This document shows, in pieces, positions 8,172 through 16,717 of a DNA stretch of 40,000 nucleotides. Made by a program: the position numbers and the translations under genes. Source of the DNA: an uncultured Alphaproteobacteria bacterium (GTDB lineage Bacteria > Pseudomonadota > Alphaproteobacteria > ATCC43930 > CGMCC-115725); assembly GCA_963703745.1 (NCBI GenBank), contig CAVPFL010000002.1, positions 515,637-555,636 on the forward strand, given 5' to 3'. The notes beneath the pieces were generated by a model, which saw nothing but the letters and a program-made list of their open reading frames with translations, was not told the DNA's origin and searched no databases. The first letter of the stretch is position 1, and every line of letters starts with the position of its first letter.

Positions 8172-8311
8172 TGGCAGCCACTGGCGCGCGAGACGTGAAT
8201 AATCCAACTGCCGTCTGCTGCAGTAGATACCACTGGGTAAAGGTGAGACCAGCCCGCGAGATATACGGCCGCGAGAAAGACTATGACGAAGTGCCAAATT
8301 TTGCGGATCAT
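8168..8311 (-). CDS. Hypothetical 47-aa single-pass membrane peptide
   Basis: Read by hand: MIRKIWHFVIVFLAAVYLAGWSHLYPVVSTAADGSWIIHVSRASGCQ. ATGA overlaps at both ends. Below the ORF-track size cut-off. Confidence 0.4.
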   Translation of the reverse strand: MIRKIWHFVIVFLAAVYLAGWSHLYPVVSTAADGSWIIHVSRASGCQ

Positions 8312-8535
8312 GGCGCGCCCTCCGCGCGGATCAGAAGATCCACCAGCATCAAGTTGCGTTTCACTGCGGCGAGAGCCTTTGTGAGGTCGTCGCGCTCGAT
8401 CGCCAAGGTGAAATCGGCTCCTACCAGTGCGATTTCGTCCCGCAGCCGTTCTGCGAGCGGGACCAGCGGTTGGCGAAGATAGGGAGATGTGGATTGCGTC
8501 GGCTCGATCGAGCCGGTTAACGTGTCAAGGGACAT
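8308..8535 (-). CDS. Hypothetical 75-aa protein, first gene of the coupled chain
   Basis: The ORF has plausible coding composition and its stop overlaps the next start. No recognised family. Confidence 0.45.
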   Translation of the reverse strand: MSLDTLTGSIEPTQSTSPYLRQPLVPLAERLRDEIALVGADFTLAIERDDLTKALAAVKRNLMLVDLLIRAEGAP

Positions 8536-9032
8536 GGCTGCCTCTATCAGCTGTGTTCAAGTCGCTGTCGGACGTTCGCGCGTCCGGCAGCGGCGCCCTC
8601 CCCACAACGGGAGGGGCACGAATTCAGCGCTCGCGGCGGAGAAAAGTCAAGCGCGCGAAAGCGTTGAAGAGCGCTCTTTAAGCCTGCCCCGCACTGCGAT
8701 ACGGGGTCCGGACGCGCAAACGCGGAACAGTGCCCGCGTTCATCGTGCGTCGCAGCTCGTTTACCTTCTGAGCGCCCTTCCGTCCGCTGGCGCTTTGTTG
8801 TTCCGACGTTCGGGCTGCATTCGCAATCCGGGCGCCGGCGCTTCTTTGCTACGGGGTTCGGGACGCTTGCCCCTTCCGAGCGCGGGCGCTGAGTTGCTCA
8901 ACGGTAAGCTTCTTTGCTATTCCGCGTCGAAGGTTTTCACGCGCTCGCTGCGACGCTCTATCACGCTGCTCTATTGTACATAGAGCGGGCGCGCGGTTTC
9001 ATCGAATAAAAGATAGACGTATGGGAAACTTT

Positions 9033-9443
9033 TCATACCATGCGATGGCGCGGCCGTTGCTGTTGGCCCGGCTCTTTGGCGCCCGGCTCTGCGGCGGCTT
9101 TCGCGGGAGCAACGGGTTTCTCGCCATTGCCGGCCGGCGGCTTATCACCAGCCGGCGGCTTCTCGCCATTGCCAGCCGGCTTCTCGGCATTGCCGGCCGG
9201 CTTGTCCCCGGCCTTCGCCGGGGCAGGCTCGCCCGGCTTCTCACCATTGCCGGCCGGCTCAGGCTCACCATTGGTATGACGGTGGCGCCATAGCTCGGCA
9301 ATGCTGCGGTTGACGCCGCGCAATCCGCTCGCAACCGCCGCTTCGAGCCTGCCAATGCGCGTCTCTAACGCGTCGATTGCTGCGGCTCCGGCCTTCTCGG
9401 CAATGTCCAGCGCTTTGACGATTTCTGCGTCGAAATCAGCCAT
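9033..9443 (-). CDS. Hypothetical protein: helical N-terminus plus a Pro/Gly/Lys-rich repeat tail (PAGNGEKP-like units)
   Basis: Likely start MADFDAEIVKALDIAEKAG at 9443. The C-terminal half reads GNGEKPGEPAPAKAGDKPAGNAEKPAGNGEKPPAGDKPPAGNGEKPVAPAK. The underlying DNA shows imperfect short tandem repeats (9100-9280). Confidence 0.5.
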   Translation of the reverse strand: MADFDAEIVKALDIAEKAGAAAIDALETRIGRLEAAVASGLRGVNRSIAELWRHRHTNGEPEPAGNGEKPGEPAPAKAGDKPAGNAEKPAGNGEKPPAGDKPPAGNGEKPVAPAKAAAEPGAKEPGQQQRPRHRMV

Positions 9444-9678
9444 TACCGTTGCCTCGTAGCGCGTCGCGCAAGCCATCGGCAAACGCCGCACGTTGCGCGG
9501 TGCGAGCCGACTCCGCTGCAGTGAGTGCAGACTGACGCTCGAAATCGTATGATGCGGCAAGGCCACTGAGGAACCCGAGCATTGCACCTGCCTGACGGGG
9601 ATCACTGCAGGGGCATAGATCGGGATCAGTATCGAAAACTTGCCTGACATAGGCGAGAAACTGCAGAATTTCGTTCAA
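9436..9678 (-). CDS. Hypothetical 80-aa protein
   Basis: TTG start at 9678 is preceded by AAGGAGA at about 6 nt. The stop overlaps the start of the downstream repeat-protein gene. Confidence 0.4.
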   Translation of the reverse strand: MNEILQFLAYVRQVFDTDPDLCPCSDPRQAGAMLGFLSGLAASYDFERQSALTAAESARTAQRAAFADGLRDALRGNGNG

Positions 9679-9763
9679 GATCTTTCTCCTTAAAGACGAC
9701 AATAAACCTAACGCAGCATACCCTATGTTGTGCCGAGCGCGAACGCTTCCCATATCCCTATGT

Positions 9764-10057
9764 ATGTTTGAACAGACGCCTTCGCCGCTGTCGCAATGGC
9801 TGGCCTATCTCGGGATAGAGGCTGCCGTTCTCAGTCGGCGGCTAGGGTTGCATCATACCGCCGTCCGGATGGCTGCTATTCGCGGCTCGCGGCGATGCAG
9901 CTGGCTCCGGGAAGCCGAGCTATTGCTCTCCGTTCCCGCGCGCGTGCTCGTCTCGATCCCGCCGAACGATCCTCGTACGGCGCGCTATCGGGGCGAGGCT
10001 CTCATTGCAGCGGCGGAATGCCGTCTGCGCGATTTGCTGCGCGATCGAGCCTCTTGA
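9764..10057 (+). CDS. Small putative helix-turn-helix DNA-binding protein
   Basis: MFEQTPSPLSQWLAYLGIEAAVLSRRLGLHHTAVRMAAIRG resembles a Cro/CI-like HTH. Transcribed divergently from the 9678 gene. Confidence 0.45.
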   Translation: MFEQTPSPLSQWLAYLGIEAAVLSRRLGLHHTAVRMAAIRGSRRCSWLREAELLLSVPARVLVSIPPNDPRTARYRGEALIAAAECRLRDLLRDRAS

Positions 10058-10119
10058 CAATCGGAGAGATGCTTAGATATAAGCATGGGTCTAGCGTCGA
10101 TTTTAATTGGGTTCCTACC

Positions 10120-10533
10120 ATGCCAAAAACTACTCCCGCCCGCCGCGCTTCAAACCGCGAAAGTCAGAAGAAATTTCGCGAGGAAAAAGCGCGCGGGGGT
10201 ATCGTTCCTTGCACGGTTTGGGTTCCGCGCGACCGTTGCCCGGAATTGCGTGCGCTCGCCGAATTGCTCTGTTCCGATCGCGATTTGATGGTAGGTCCGG
10301 CTCGCTCTATCGAGACTGGTAGGCAAGTGTCTCGCCGGCAGTCGGCTCGCGTTCAATTTCTATACATGGGAGCGGCTTGGTCTTGCACGGCTAAAACGCT
10401 GGAAGCGCTGCACAAAGCAATCGATGCTGATAAACCGATCGAGTTGGAGCAATTCCCTGACGTACGACAAATTGCTCGCGCTGCTCCCGGTACAAAACCG
10501 CTGGTAGGTGAAACGCTTCGCTACGATCGTTGA
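10120..10533 (+). CDS. Hypothetical 137-aa protein with a basic N-terminus
   Basis: MPKTTPARRASNRESQKKFREEKARGG... No family recognised. Confidence 0.45.
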   Translation: MPKTTPARRASNRESQKKFREEKARGGIVPCTVWVPRDRCPELRALAELLCSDRDLMVGPARSIETGRQVSRRQSARVQFLYMGAAWSCTAKTLEALHKAIDADKPIELEQFPDVRQIARAAPGTKPLVGETLRYDR

Positions 10534-10536
10534 ACC

Positions 10537-10821
10537 CTAATCCGCAGCTTCCATCATTGCGCTGCGGCTCCCGAGGCTCTTTTTCTGCGCACTCCGCAGA
10601 ACTCTGCGTCGCTGCGGCTCGGGAGGCTCATGACGCTCTATACCGATATGCTGCGCCATCGCTTCCAGTGCGAGCCGCACTGAGACTATCCTCCGCTCCG
10701 CCAGCTGCGGCGCCAGCGGCAGCCTCCATGCCGCGGGATCGAGCCCGCGGGAAAGCCAACGCAGGAAAACCAATTGCTCGGGAACGCTTCTCGGCAGATC
10801 GTGCCCGCCCGGAACGTACAT
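10537..10821 (-). CDS. Hypothetical 94-aa protein
   Basis: The ORF starts 10 nt after the stop of the upstream gene on the same strand. No motifs recognised. Confidence 0.3.
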   Translation of the reverse strand: MYVPGGHDLPRSVPEQLVFLRWLSRGLDPAAWRLPLAPQLAERRIVSVRLALEAMAQHIGIERHEPPEPQRRRVLRSAQKKSLGSRSAMMEAAD

Positions 10822-10830
10822 CGCAACCCC

Positions 10831-11673
10831 TTAGCCGTATGCCGGCTGACGCGGTCGTACCTTTAGGGCAACTGGTCCGATCGGTCGAGCCGGTTGCGGT
10901 CGTAGCCGGCTCATATCGACGCGCGAATGCGCCGGACAATATACATCGCCCAGTTGTGCGACGGGACAGCCGCAGAACGAGGGCGCCAGCTGCCCGCCGT
11001 CGAGACGCGTCATTGCCGGCATCGCGCATGCGCGCCCAAAGAGAACGCCCGGAAACACGTCTGCATATAAGGTCCACGCGCCCGGTAGGCTGGCGCCTAT
11101 GGGCAATGCGATACGAGAAGCCTGCCCCTGCGGTATGACGGCGGGAAGATTTATCGTCTCGCCATCAAGTCCTGCCCCGTGCGGAGCCTGCCCCGTGCTG
11201 CGACACGGGGACACGGGGGCGGGACCGGGGAGCCCGTCCTCGAGATAATCGCCCCGCGCGAGCCGGGACAGCGGCTCGAAAACTTTAACGAGAACTCCGA
11301 TGATGCCTCCGGACGCGGGAGCCTCGGCAGCATCGGCTTCGACGTCAACCCACGGCTGCTTAGCCTCGATCGTCAGCGGGTCGACCGTGTTGCGAGCGGT
11401 TTCCCGAGCTTGCCGCGCTTCGCGCTTCTCGGCTTTGGTGCGTCGCTTGCCGATCGAGGCTTTGGGAATGCCGGCTGCAGCTGGGGACCAGCGCTTGCCG
11501 CTTTGTGAGCGAGTGGAAAGCTTCTCGATCGCAGGGAAGTACTTTTCGGGGATCGGACGTTTGCCGCTAGTCCAATGCCGCAGCTGATCGGCAGAACAGC
11601 CTATTTCGGACGCAGCGGAAAAACTGGTGTGACCGCGGGATCGCAACAGCGCGCGAAGTTCATCCTTTGTCAT
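10831..11673 (-). CDS. HTH DNA-binding protein with a GcrA-like Cys-rich C-terminal motif
   Basis: N-terminus FSAASEIGCSADQLRHWTSGKRPIP looks like an XRE/Cro HTH. C-terminus CAMP...FCGCPV...YCPAHSR resembles the CxWP...FCG...YCxxH signature of GcrA-type regulators. Confidence 0.55.
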   Translation of the reverse strand: MTKDELRALLRSRGHTSFSAASEIGCSADQLRHWTSGKRPIPEKYFPAIEKLSTRSQSGKRWSPAAAGIPKASIGKRRTKAEKREARQARETARNTVDPLTIEAKQPWVDVEADAAEAPASGGIIGVLVKVFEPLSRLARGDYLEDGLPGPAPVSPCRSTGQAPHGAGLDGETINLPAVIPQGQASRIALPIGASLPGAWTLYADVFPGVLFGRACAMPAMTRLDGGQLAPSFCGCPVAQLGDVYCPAHSRVDMSRLRPQPARPIGPVALKVRPRQPAYG

Positions 11674-11805
11674 GCTCGGATAAATGGTCGCGCGTATGAC
11701 CGATTTCAGCGGCCGGACGCAGTCAAAAGCTTGTGCTCGCGCAAGCGAGTAGCGAATGCGATCAATCGATAAGGGGATATGCGATCAAGCCGCGACCAGC
11801 TTAGT

Positions 11806-12384
11806 CTAAGCCGCGATCCGATCGAAATCGACACCGTGCTGTGCGGCGAGCCTGCGATAGCGTTCTGCCTGTTCAACCGAGAGAGGCAGGTTCCCCGTTT
11901 CGGCGCGGCGGACAACGGACTCGCGAAGATCGAGCTTTGCGGCGAGTGTCGCTTGCGTGAAGCCGAGCGACTTGCGCAGCTTCAAGAGTGCAGCCGGGGG
12001 AGGGACAGCCGTAAGCTCCCTCGTTCCTTGGGCGCCCATCCAATGAACGAGTTTTTCGACGGCTGCCTGTGAGACGGGGTTACGGCCGATTTCCCATTGC
12101 GCGACGGATTGCTGCGCGACGCCACAAATTTCCGCGATCCGGGATTGTGTCAAACCGAGCGACTGGCGCAGATCCCGCAAGACGGGACCGGCTGCCTCTT
12201 TGCGGCGCAGTAGCGGCATCAACGCTGGAATGTCTTTGGGCGTTACGAAACCCATCTGTCGCGCTTTGCGACTGATCCGAGGCTCGATTTCCTCGGCTCG
12301 TTCCTTCAGCGCAAACGCACGGTCGTAATCGCCCGCTGTAAGAGCGGCTGCAGCATCGGTCAAGAGTTTGCTCGCTTCTATCAT
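11806..12384 (-). CDS. Tandem XRE-family HTH repressor-like protein (two Cro/CI HTH domains)
   Basis: Likely start MIEASKLL at 12384. It has two units: LRQSLGLTQSRIAEICGVAQQSVAQWEIGRNPVS and LRKSLGFTQATLAAKLDLRESVVRRAETGNLPLS. Transcribed divergently from the replication/integration operon. Confidence 0.75.
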   Translation of the reverse strand: MIEASKLLTDAAAALTAGDYDRAFALKERAEEIEPRISRKARQMGFVTPKDIPALMPLLRRKEAAGPVLRDLRQSLGLTQSRIAEICGVAQQSVAQWEIGRNPVSQAAVEKLVHWMGAQGTRELTAVPPPAALLKLRKSLGFTQATLAAKLDLRESVVRRAETGNLPLSVEQAERYRRLAAQHGVDFDRIAA

Positions 12385-12389
12385 GACAG

Positions 12390-12416
12390 TTGTAACCGTC
12401 TCTTCCGTGCTATAAT
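12390..12416 (+). promoter_or_regulatory. Candidate sigma70-type promoter for the pPolB-HNH-cas1 operon (TTGTAA-N15-TATAAT)
   Basis: TTGTAA at 12390-12395 and TATAAT at 12411-12416. The first ATG of the operon is at 12424, so the transcript could be leaderless. Sequence inspection only. Confidence 0.35.
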
Positions 12417-12423
12417 TCCCCAC

Positions 12424-13128
12424 ATGATGCCACAAAAATTTTCCCCCGCACAAGATCTAGTGCAAAATCAAGCCTTTGCCTCCCGCCCGACCGGGGCAAA
12501 AGGGCAAATCGGCGGGACCGAGGCTCTACCCGATTCGTCGATTTCGCTCGCTGCGACGGGAACGGCTCACTTCTCGCAGCACGGGACAGGCATCGCGCCT
12601 GCCTTGCTTGCCGCGGTCGAGGATATCCGCTGGCGGGAATTGTTCGCCCAAGCGCGGCAAGCGCTGTCACCCGAGACGCTCGCAGAGCTAGGCGGGCTTT
12701 TGGATCATCCTGACGCCTACGATCCCGAACGCCGCGACGAAGTGCGCCAATCGCTCGAAAGGCTGATCGATACCGAGCGGCGGATCGCCGCACGGATTGC
12801 CGAGCAACGCTCCGACATTGCCGAGATGGCGGAACTGATACACGCGGAGCACGAGGCTGGTCGCGCATATCGGCGCACGGTTCGCGAGGCTTACCGCCGA
12901 CATTCCGAAGCCGAGCGGCTCGAAACCGAGCGGCGCGAAGCCGAGCGGCTCGCGGCAATCCGCCGGGTCGCCGTAGCGCAGGCTGCCCGCGACGAAAGGT
13001 CGCGGGCGGAGCGGCGGAAAGCCGACAAAGAACTGCGGCGAATTGACGCAGAGCGGCGCGCTAAAGAGCGAGCCGAGCGACAGCGCCAGCGGCTCGCTGC
13101 GTGGCCACGCAAACAGGCGTTCGCCTAA
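12424..13128 (+). CDS. Hypothetical protein with a highly charged Arg/Glu-rich C-terminal half
   Basis: 234-aa ORF that is the first gene of the plus-strand operon. C-terminus reads ERLETERREAERLAAIRR...ERRKADKELRRIDAERRAKERAERQRQR. Confidence 0.5.
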   Translation: MMPQKFSPAQDLVQNQAFASRPTGAKGQIGGTEALPDSSISLAATGTAHFSQHGTGIAPALLAAVEDIRWRELFAQARQALSPETLAELGGLLDHPDAYDPERRDEVRQSLERLIDTERRIAARIAEQRSDIAEMAELIHAEHEAGRAYRRTVREAYRRHSEAERLETERREAERLAAIRRVAVAQAARDERSRAERRKADKELRRIDAERRAKERAERQRQRLAAWPRKQAFA

Positions 13129-13796
13129 TGGCTCGCTCCCGTCGCACCTCCCGCGAGACGCTGCAGCGCCAGCGCCAGCGACAACGCGAGCGTTCGGCGC
13201 GGGATCGCGCTCGCGAAGCCGCTGCAAAAGAGACGCTGTCGGCTTCAAAGGCTGCATCGCAACGCAGCGCCCGCGAGCACTTGTTCACAGCTGCGCGCGC
13301 ACGGACGCAAGCGATTAAAGCCGGCCGGCATGGATTGCCTGAAGCTGCAGCCCTACTGCGCGAAACAGCTGCCGAGCAAGTCCGCCTGCAACGAGAAGCC
13401 GAACGCGGCGCTGCAGCCGATAGGCGCTGGCTCAAATCGCTCGTTACTCCCGCCAAGCGTCGGACGACCTACCAGCGGCGGGTTGCCAGCGGTGCGGTGC
13501 GGCAGGTTGAACGGGAGCGCGCAACTCGTGCAGCAGTCCAGTCGCAACTTCCGCCCGAATGGCCTCCTGCCAATTGGCAGCGCGACAAGTTCCGCGACCG
13601 CTTCTCTTATGCATGGTGGCTGGGATATTCGCGGCAGGATGCCAGCCTTCCGGCAAAGTTTCTAATGGAGCCGTTCGAAGTACAGCTTGACGCGATGGAC
13701 GACGCAAGACTTGCGCATATTCAATGGCTGCAGAACAAGCGGGAAGATTTAGGATTGGAAGACACGGAATATCGCAGCTATCACACAAACGGCTAA
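13128..13796 (+). CDS. Hypothetical 222-aa basic protein immediately upstream of pPolB
   Basis: The start overlaps the previous stop (TAATG). Arg-rich N-terminus MARSRRTSRETLQRQRQRQRERSARDR. Trp/Tyr-rich C-terminal region SYAWWLGYSRQD...IQWLQNKRED. No family recognised. Confidence 0.5.
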   Translation: MARSRRTSRETLQRQRQRQRERSARDRAREAAAKETLSASKAASQRSAREHLFTAARARTQAIKAGRHGLPEAAALLRETAAEQVRLQREAERGAAADRRWLKSLVTPAKRRTTYQRRVASGAVRQVERERATRAAVQSQLPPEWPPANWQRDKFRDRFSYAWWLGYSRQDASLPAKFLMEPFEVQLDAMDDARLAHIQWLQNKREDLGLEDTEYRSYHTNG

Positions 13797-13800
13797 GCCT

Positions 13801-16107
13801 ATGCTCGATCAAGCTGGCGAGATTACTTTCGGATATCCCGATGATTACTTTTGGGAATTGACCGAAGTTGATCGAGGCAATCCCGGACTGGTCGCCAAGC
13901 GCTGCAAGCGCTGCGCGCGCGCGGAACAGGCGATCGAGCTATGGTTCGAAGGCGAGCGCAAGCGGGATGCGCGTTGCCCATTGTGCGGCGCCATCGTCCA
14001 CAACCAAAACCGACATAAGGGACCGGACTTGCGCTCGCGCAAAGGCGATCGTCACAAGTCGGGTAGGAAAGATCCCCGCTACAATACGGCCGATCGCGCG
14101 ACGGCTCCGTTCATCGCCATCGACGGCGAGGGCGCGGGAACCAACGAGCATGGCCAGCAGAATTACTTATACATGGCCACTTGCGACGTGAGCGGCGAAG
14201 TAATATCAGAGCTCTTCGAAGACAATCGAGCGCTCTCGACAAAAGAATGTTTGGAATATATTCTGAAACTTCCAAAGCATAAGCTGATTGTCGGGTTTCA
14301 TTTCGACTATGACGTAACGATGATTTTACGAGATCTACCAATCAAACAACAAAGAAGACTATTCCTGCCTTTGCCACGGAGAAACAATCCTAATAATGAA
14401 GAATGTGCGTTCTATACCTACTGGCAGGATTACGCCATCCAATACATTCCCTACAAGCATTTGATGGTCTCGCGCCGAATAGATCGCAACGTCAATCAAA
14501 ACATTCCGGAGACTACCCGCACAATCAACTTTGTTCAAGGGTACTTCTCCGGCGGATTAGTTGACGTTGCTCAGTCTTGGTGTGGTCTCGATGCGTGCTC
14601 GATTGCCGAACTTGAAAAGATGAAAGCGGCGCGACCGTCTTTCGAAAGCATAACACCGGAAATCAAAAGCTATTGTCAAAAAGAATGCCAGTATCTCGCC
14701 GTGGCAATGCATAAGTTCCGCGAGATCGTACTCGCGGGCAACGCTGCGCTACAAGAGCGCTTGCCGAACGTCAGCCTGATACCGCGCGATTGGCAGGGAC
14801 CGGGACCAATGACGCAGCGCTTGCTCGCGAGCCTCGGCATACCAAAGCGAGACGACCTCCCCGAGCATGATCCCGAATTCATGGAAGCGGCGCGAGCAAG
14901 CTTCTCCGCCGGCCGGACTGAGATCGCCCTAACCGGCCGGATCGATGGTCCGGTCTATGCCTATGACTTGAACTCGGCTTACCCTGCAGCGATCCTGCAG
15001 CTACCATGTCAGCGGCATACCCGCTGGTGCAAGGTGACAGAGCCGGCTCCCGGATCGCTCTATTTCGCCCGGCTCAGCTGGAAGCAACCGGCTCGATCCC
15101 GCTGGGGTGCGTTTCAGGTACGCTCGAAATTCCAAACCCTGTTCGCGCCGCTCTCCGGAGCGGGCTGGTATTGGTCGCCTGAGATCGAGGCTGCAGGCAA
15201 GCTGCGCGCCAAGGTACAGTTGCATGAGATATGGCAAGCCGAGAGATGCTGCGATTGCCATCCTTTCGCGGCGATCAAATCGATTTATGACTACCGCAAG
15301 TCGCTCGATAATGACCAGCTAGAATATCCGATCAAACTTGTGTTGAACACCCTTTACGGCAAGTTCTCGCAAAGAATAGGTGCGGCGCCTTACTATGATC
15401 CGATTGCCGCGGGATTAATTACCTCGATCGTTCGCTCACGGCTGATCGAGGCGATCAGTCTCGATCCCGAGGCAGTCATAATGGTTGCGACCGATGCAGT
15501 CTATTCGACGCGTCCGCTTGCGCTCGAAATCGACAAGCAGTTAGGACATTGGAAATTAACGAAGCATCTGGCCGGAGCGTTCGTTGTTCAACCGGGCGTA
15601 TGGTGGCCACTGTCCGAAGCATCGGGAATGTTTGACCACAAAACCCGCGGCATTCCTCAGCGAGCTATTGTGCCAATGGTAGATCAATTCTATGACGCAT
15701 GGGACCAATACATACGTTTTACTAGTTCTAAATACTCTCCGAACATCGAAGATTTAGGACAACCTACTGTTGAGATACCCTATCAAGTCTTTATTCCTTT
15801 GAAGCTGTCGCTGCATCCCGAAATGCTGATGCTGTATAAGATCGATCCTGCGTCGGCGCGTTCCGGTCAATGGATCGAGCGCAAGCATCCAGTCCGCTTC
15901 AACTGGCGCACAAAACGGCGCCTTGGCGGCTGCACTCTGCAAGACGGACACGTCAAGCATTGGCCTTATCCCGATATGGACGGGGAGAGCGGCACGGCTT
16001 TTGATGGGGCGGAGCTAGATCGATTGATGGCATGGCAGAACGAAACCGAGTATGCTTATCCCGACAGCGGCTATTCGCCGCTCGATTTCATCCCGAAACC
16101 CGAGTGA
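13801..16107 (+). CDS. Family B DNA polymerase, protein-primed type (pPolB)
   Basis: 768 aa. Exo motifs FIAIDGEG (DxE) and HFDYD. Polymerase motif A YAYDLNSAYPAA (DxxSxYP), motif B KLVLNTLYGKFSQ (Kx3NSxYG-like), motif C MVATDAVYS (DTD-like). Confidence 0.88.
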   Translation: MLDQAGEITFGYPDDYFWELTEVDRGNPGLVAKRCKRCARAEQAIELWFEGERKRDARCPLCGAIVHNQNRHKGPDLRSRKGDRHKSGRKDPRYNTADRATAPFIAIDGEGAGTNEHGQQNYLYMATCDVSGEVISELFEDNRALSTKECLEYILKLPKHKLIVGFHFDYDVTMILRDLPIKQQRRLFLPLPRRNNPNNEECAFYTYWQDYAIQYIPYKHLMVSRRIDRNVNQNIPETTRTINFVQGYFSGGLVDVAQSWCGLDACSIAELEKMKAARPSFESITPEIKSYCQKECQYLAVAMHKFREIVLAGNAALQERLPNVSLIPRDWQGPGPMTQRLLASLGIPKRDDLPEHDPEFMEAARASFSAGRTEIALTGRIDGPVYAYDLNSAYPAAILQLPCQRHTRWCKVTEPAPGSLYFARLSWKQPARSRWGAFQVRSKFQTLFAPLSGAGWYWSPEIEAAGKLRAKVQLHEIWQAERCCDCHPFAAIKSIYDYRKSLDNDQLEYPIKLVLNTLYGKFSQRIGAAPYYDPIAAGLITSIVRSRLIEAISLDPEAVIMVATDAVYSTRPLALEIDKQLGHWKLTKHLAGAFVVQPGVWWPLSEASGMFDHKTRGIPQRAIVPMVDQFYDAWDQYIRFTSSKYSPNIEDLGQPTVEIPYQVFIPLKLSLHPEMLMLYKIDPASARSGQWIERKHPVRFNWRTKRRLGGCTLQDGHVKHWPYPDMDGESGTAFDGAELDRLMAWQNETEYAYPDSGYSPLDFIPKPE

Positions 16108-16120
16108 CGCAATCGCGCTG

Positions 16121-16717
16121 ATGTCCGGCTCCCCTGTCGACCGATTCCGCCGCGCCGCTGCAACACGGCTCGATCACTATGCAATCCTCCACCCGCAGTG
16201 TGTCTATTGCGGCGACGCTGTAATGTCGCGCATGCGCGGCAGTGGCGAGACACGGCATTATGATCATTTTATACCGATCGAGATTATCATTCGCGCTCGC
16301 GAAGCATATCCACTGCAGCGATTTCCGAACTGTCTATTGCCGTGCTGTCGCCGCTGCAACGGCTTTGCCGGATCGTTCTACTTCTCGATATTATCTAAGA
16401 AATTCAACTACTTACAGTGGAAAATCGGCGATTACGAGCCCCGCTTGCGAGCGCGCGTCGCGGCAATCGTTCTGCAGAAATTCAGCGGGCTTGAAGTACC
16501 GCAAGCGCTCGCCGATATCGTGCACCCAATGGAAGAATTCCGCGACGGCGATTATCCTATATTGGAGCCAGTGCGTCTCGATAATGGAAACTGGTCTATT
16601 GCGCAAGAACTCGCGGAAAGGGCGCTTGCACTGCAATGGAATTCTCAGACACCAATTTCGGAGCCGTCAAAAACGGCGTGCTCGTTCTCTCCGGATTTAG
16701 AATTCGTGTCAGGGTAG
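16121..16717 (+). CDS. HNH endonuclease
   Basis: CVYCGD...HYDHFIPIE...NCLLPCCRRCN matches the CxxC...H-N-H...CxxC architecture. Located between pPolB and cas1. Confidence 0.78.
   Translation: MSGSPVDRFRRAAATRLDHYAILHPQCVYCGDAVMSRMRGSGETRHYDHFIPIEIIIRAREAYPLQRFPNCLLPCCRRCNGFAGSFYFSILSKKFNYLQWKIGDYEPRLRARVAAIVLQKFSGLEVPQALADIVHPMEEFRDGDYPILEPVRLDNGNWSIAQELAERALALQWNSQTPISEPSKTACSFSPDLEFVSG

Noticed and set aside
8489-8983. 164-aa plus-strand ORF in the casposon non-coding gap
   Set aside because: It has Arg/Ser/Ala-rich composition, no start context, and runs opposite to all neighbouring genes. The region is treated as non-coding and reported as a finding instead.
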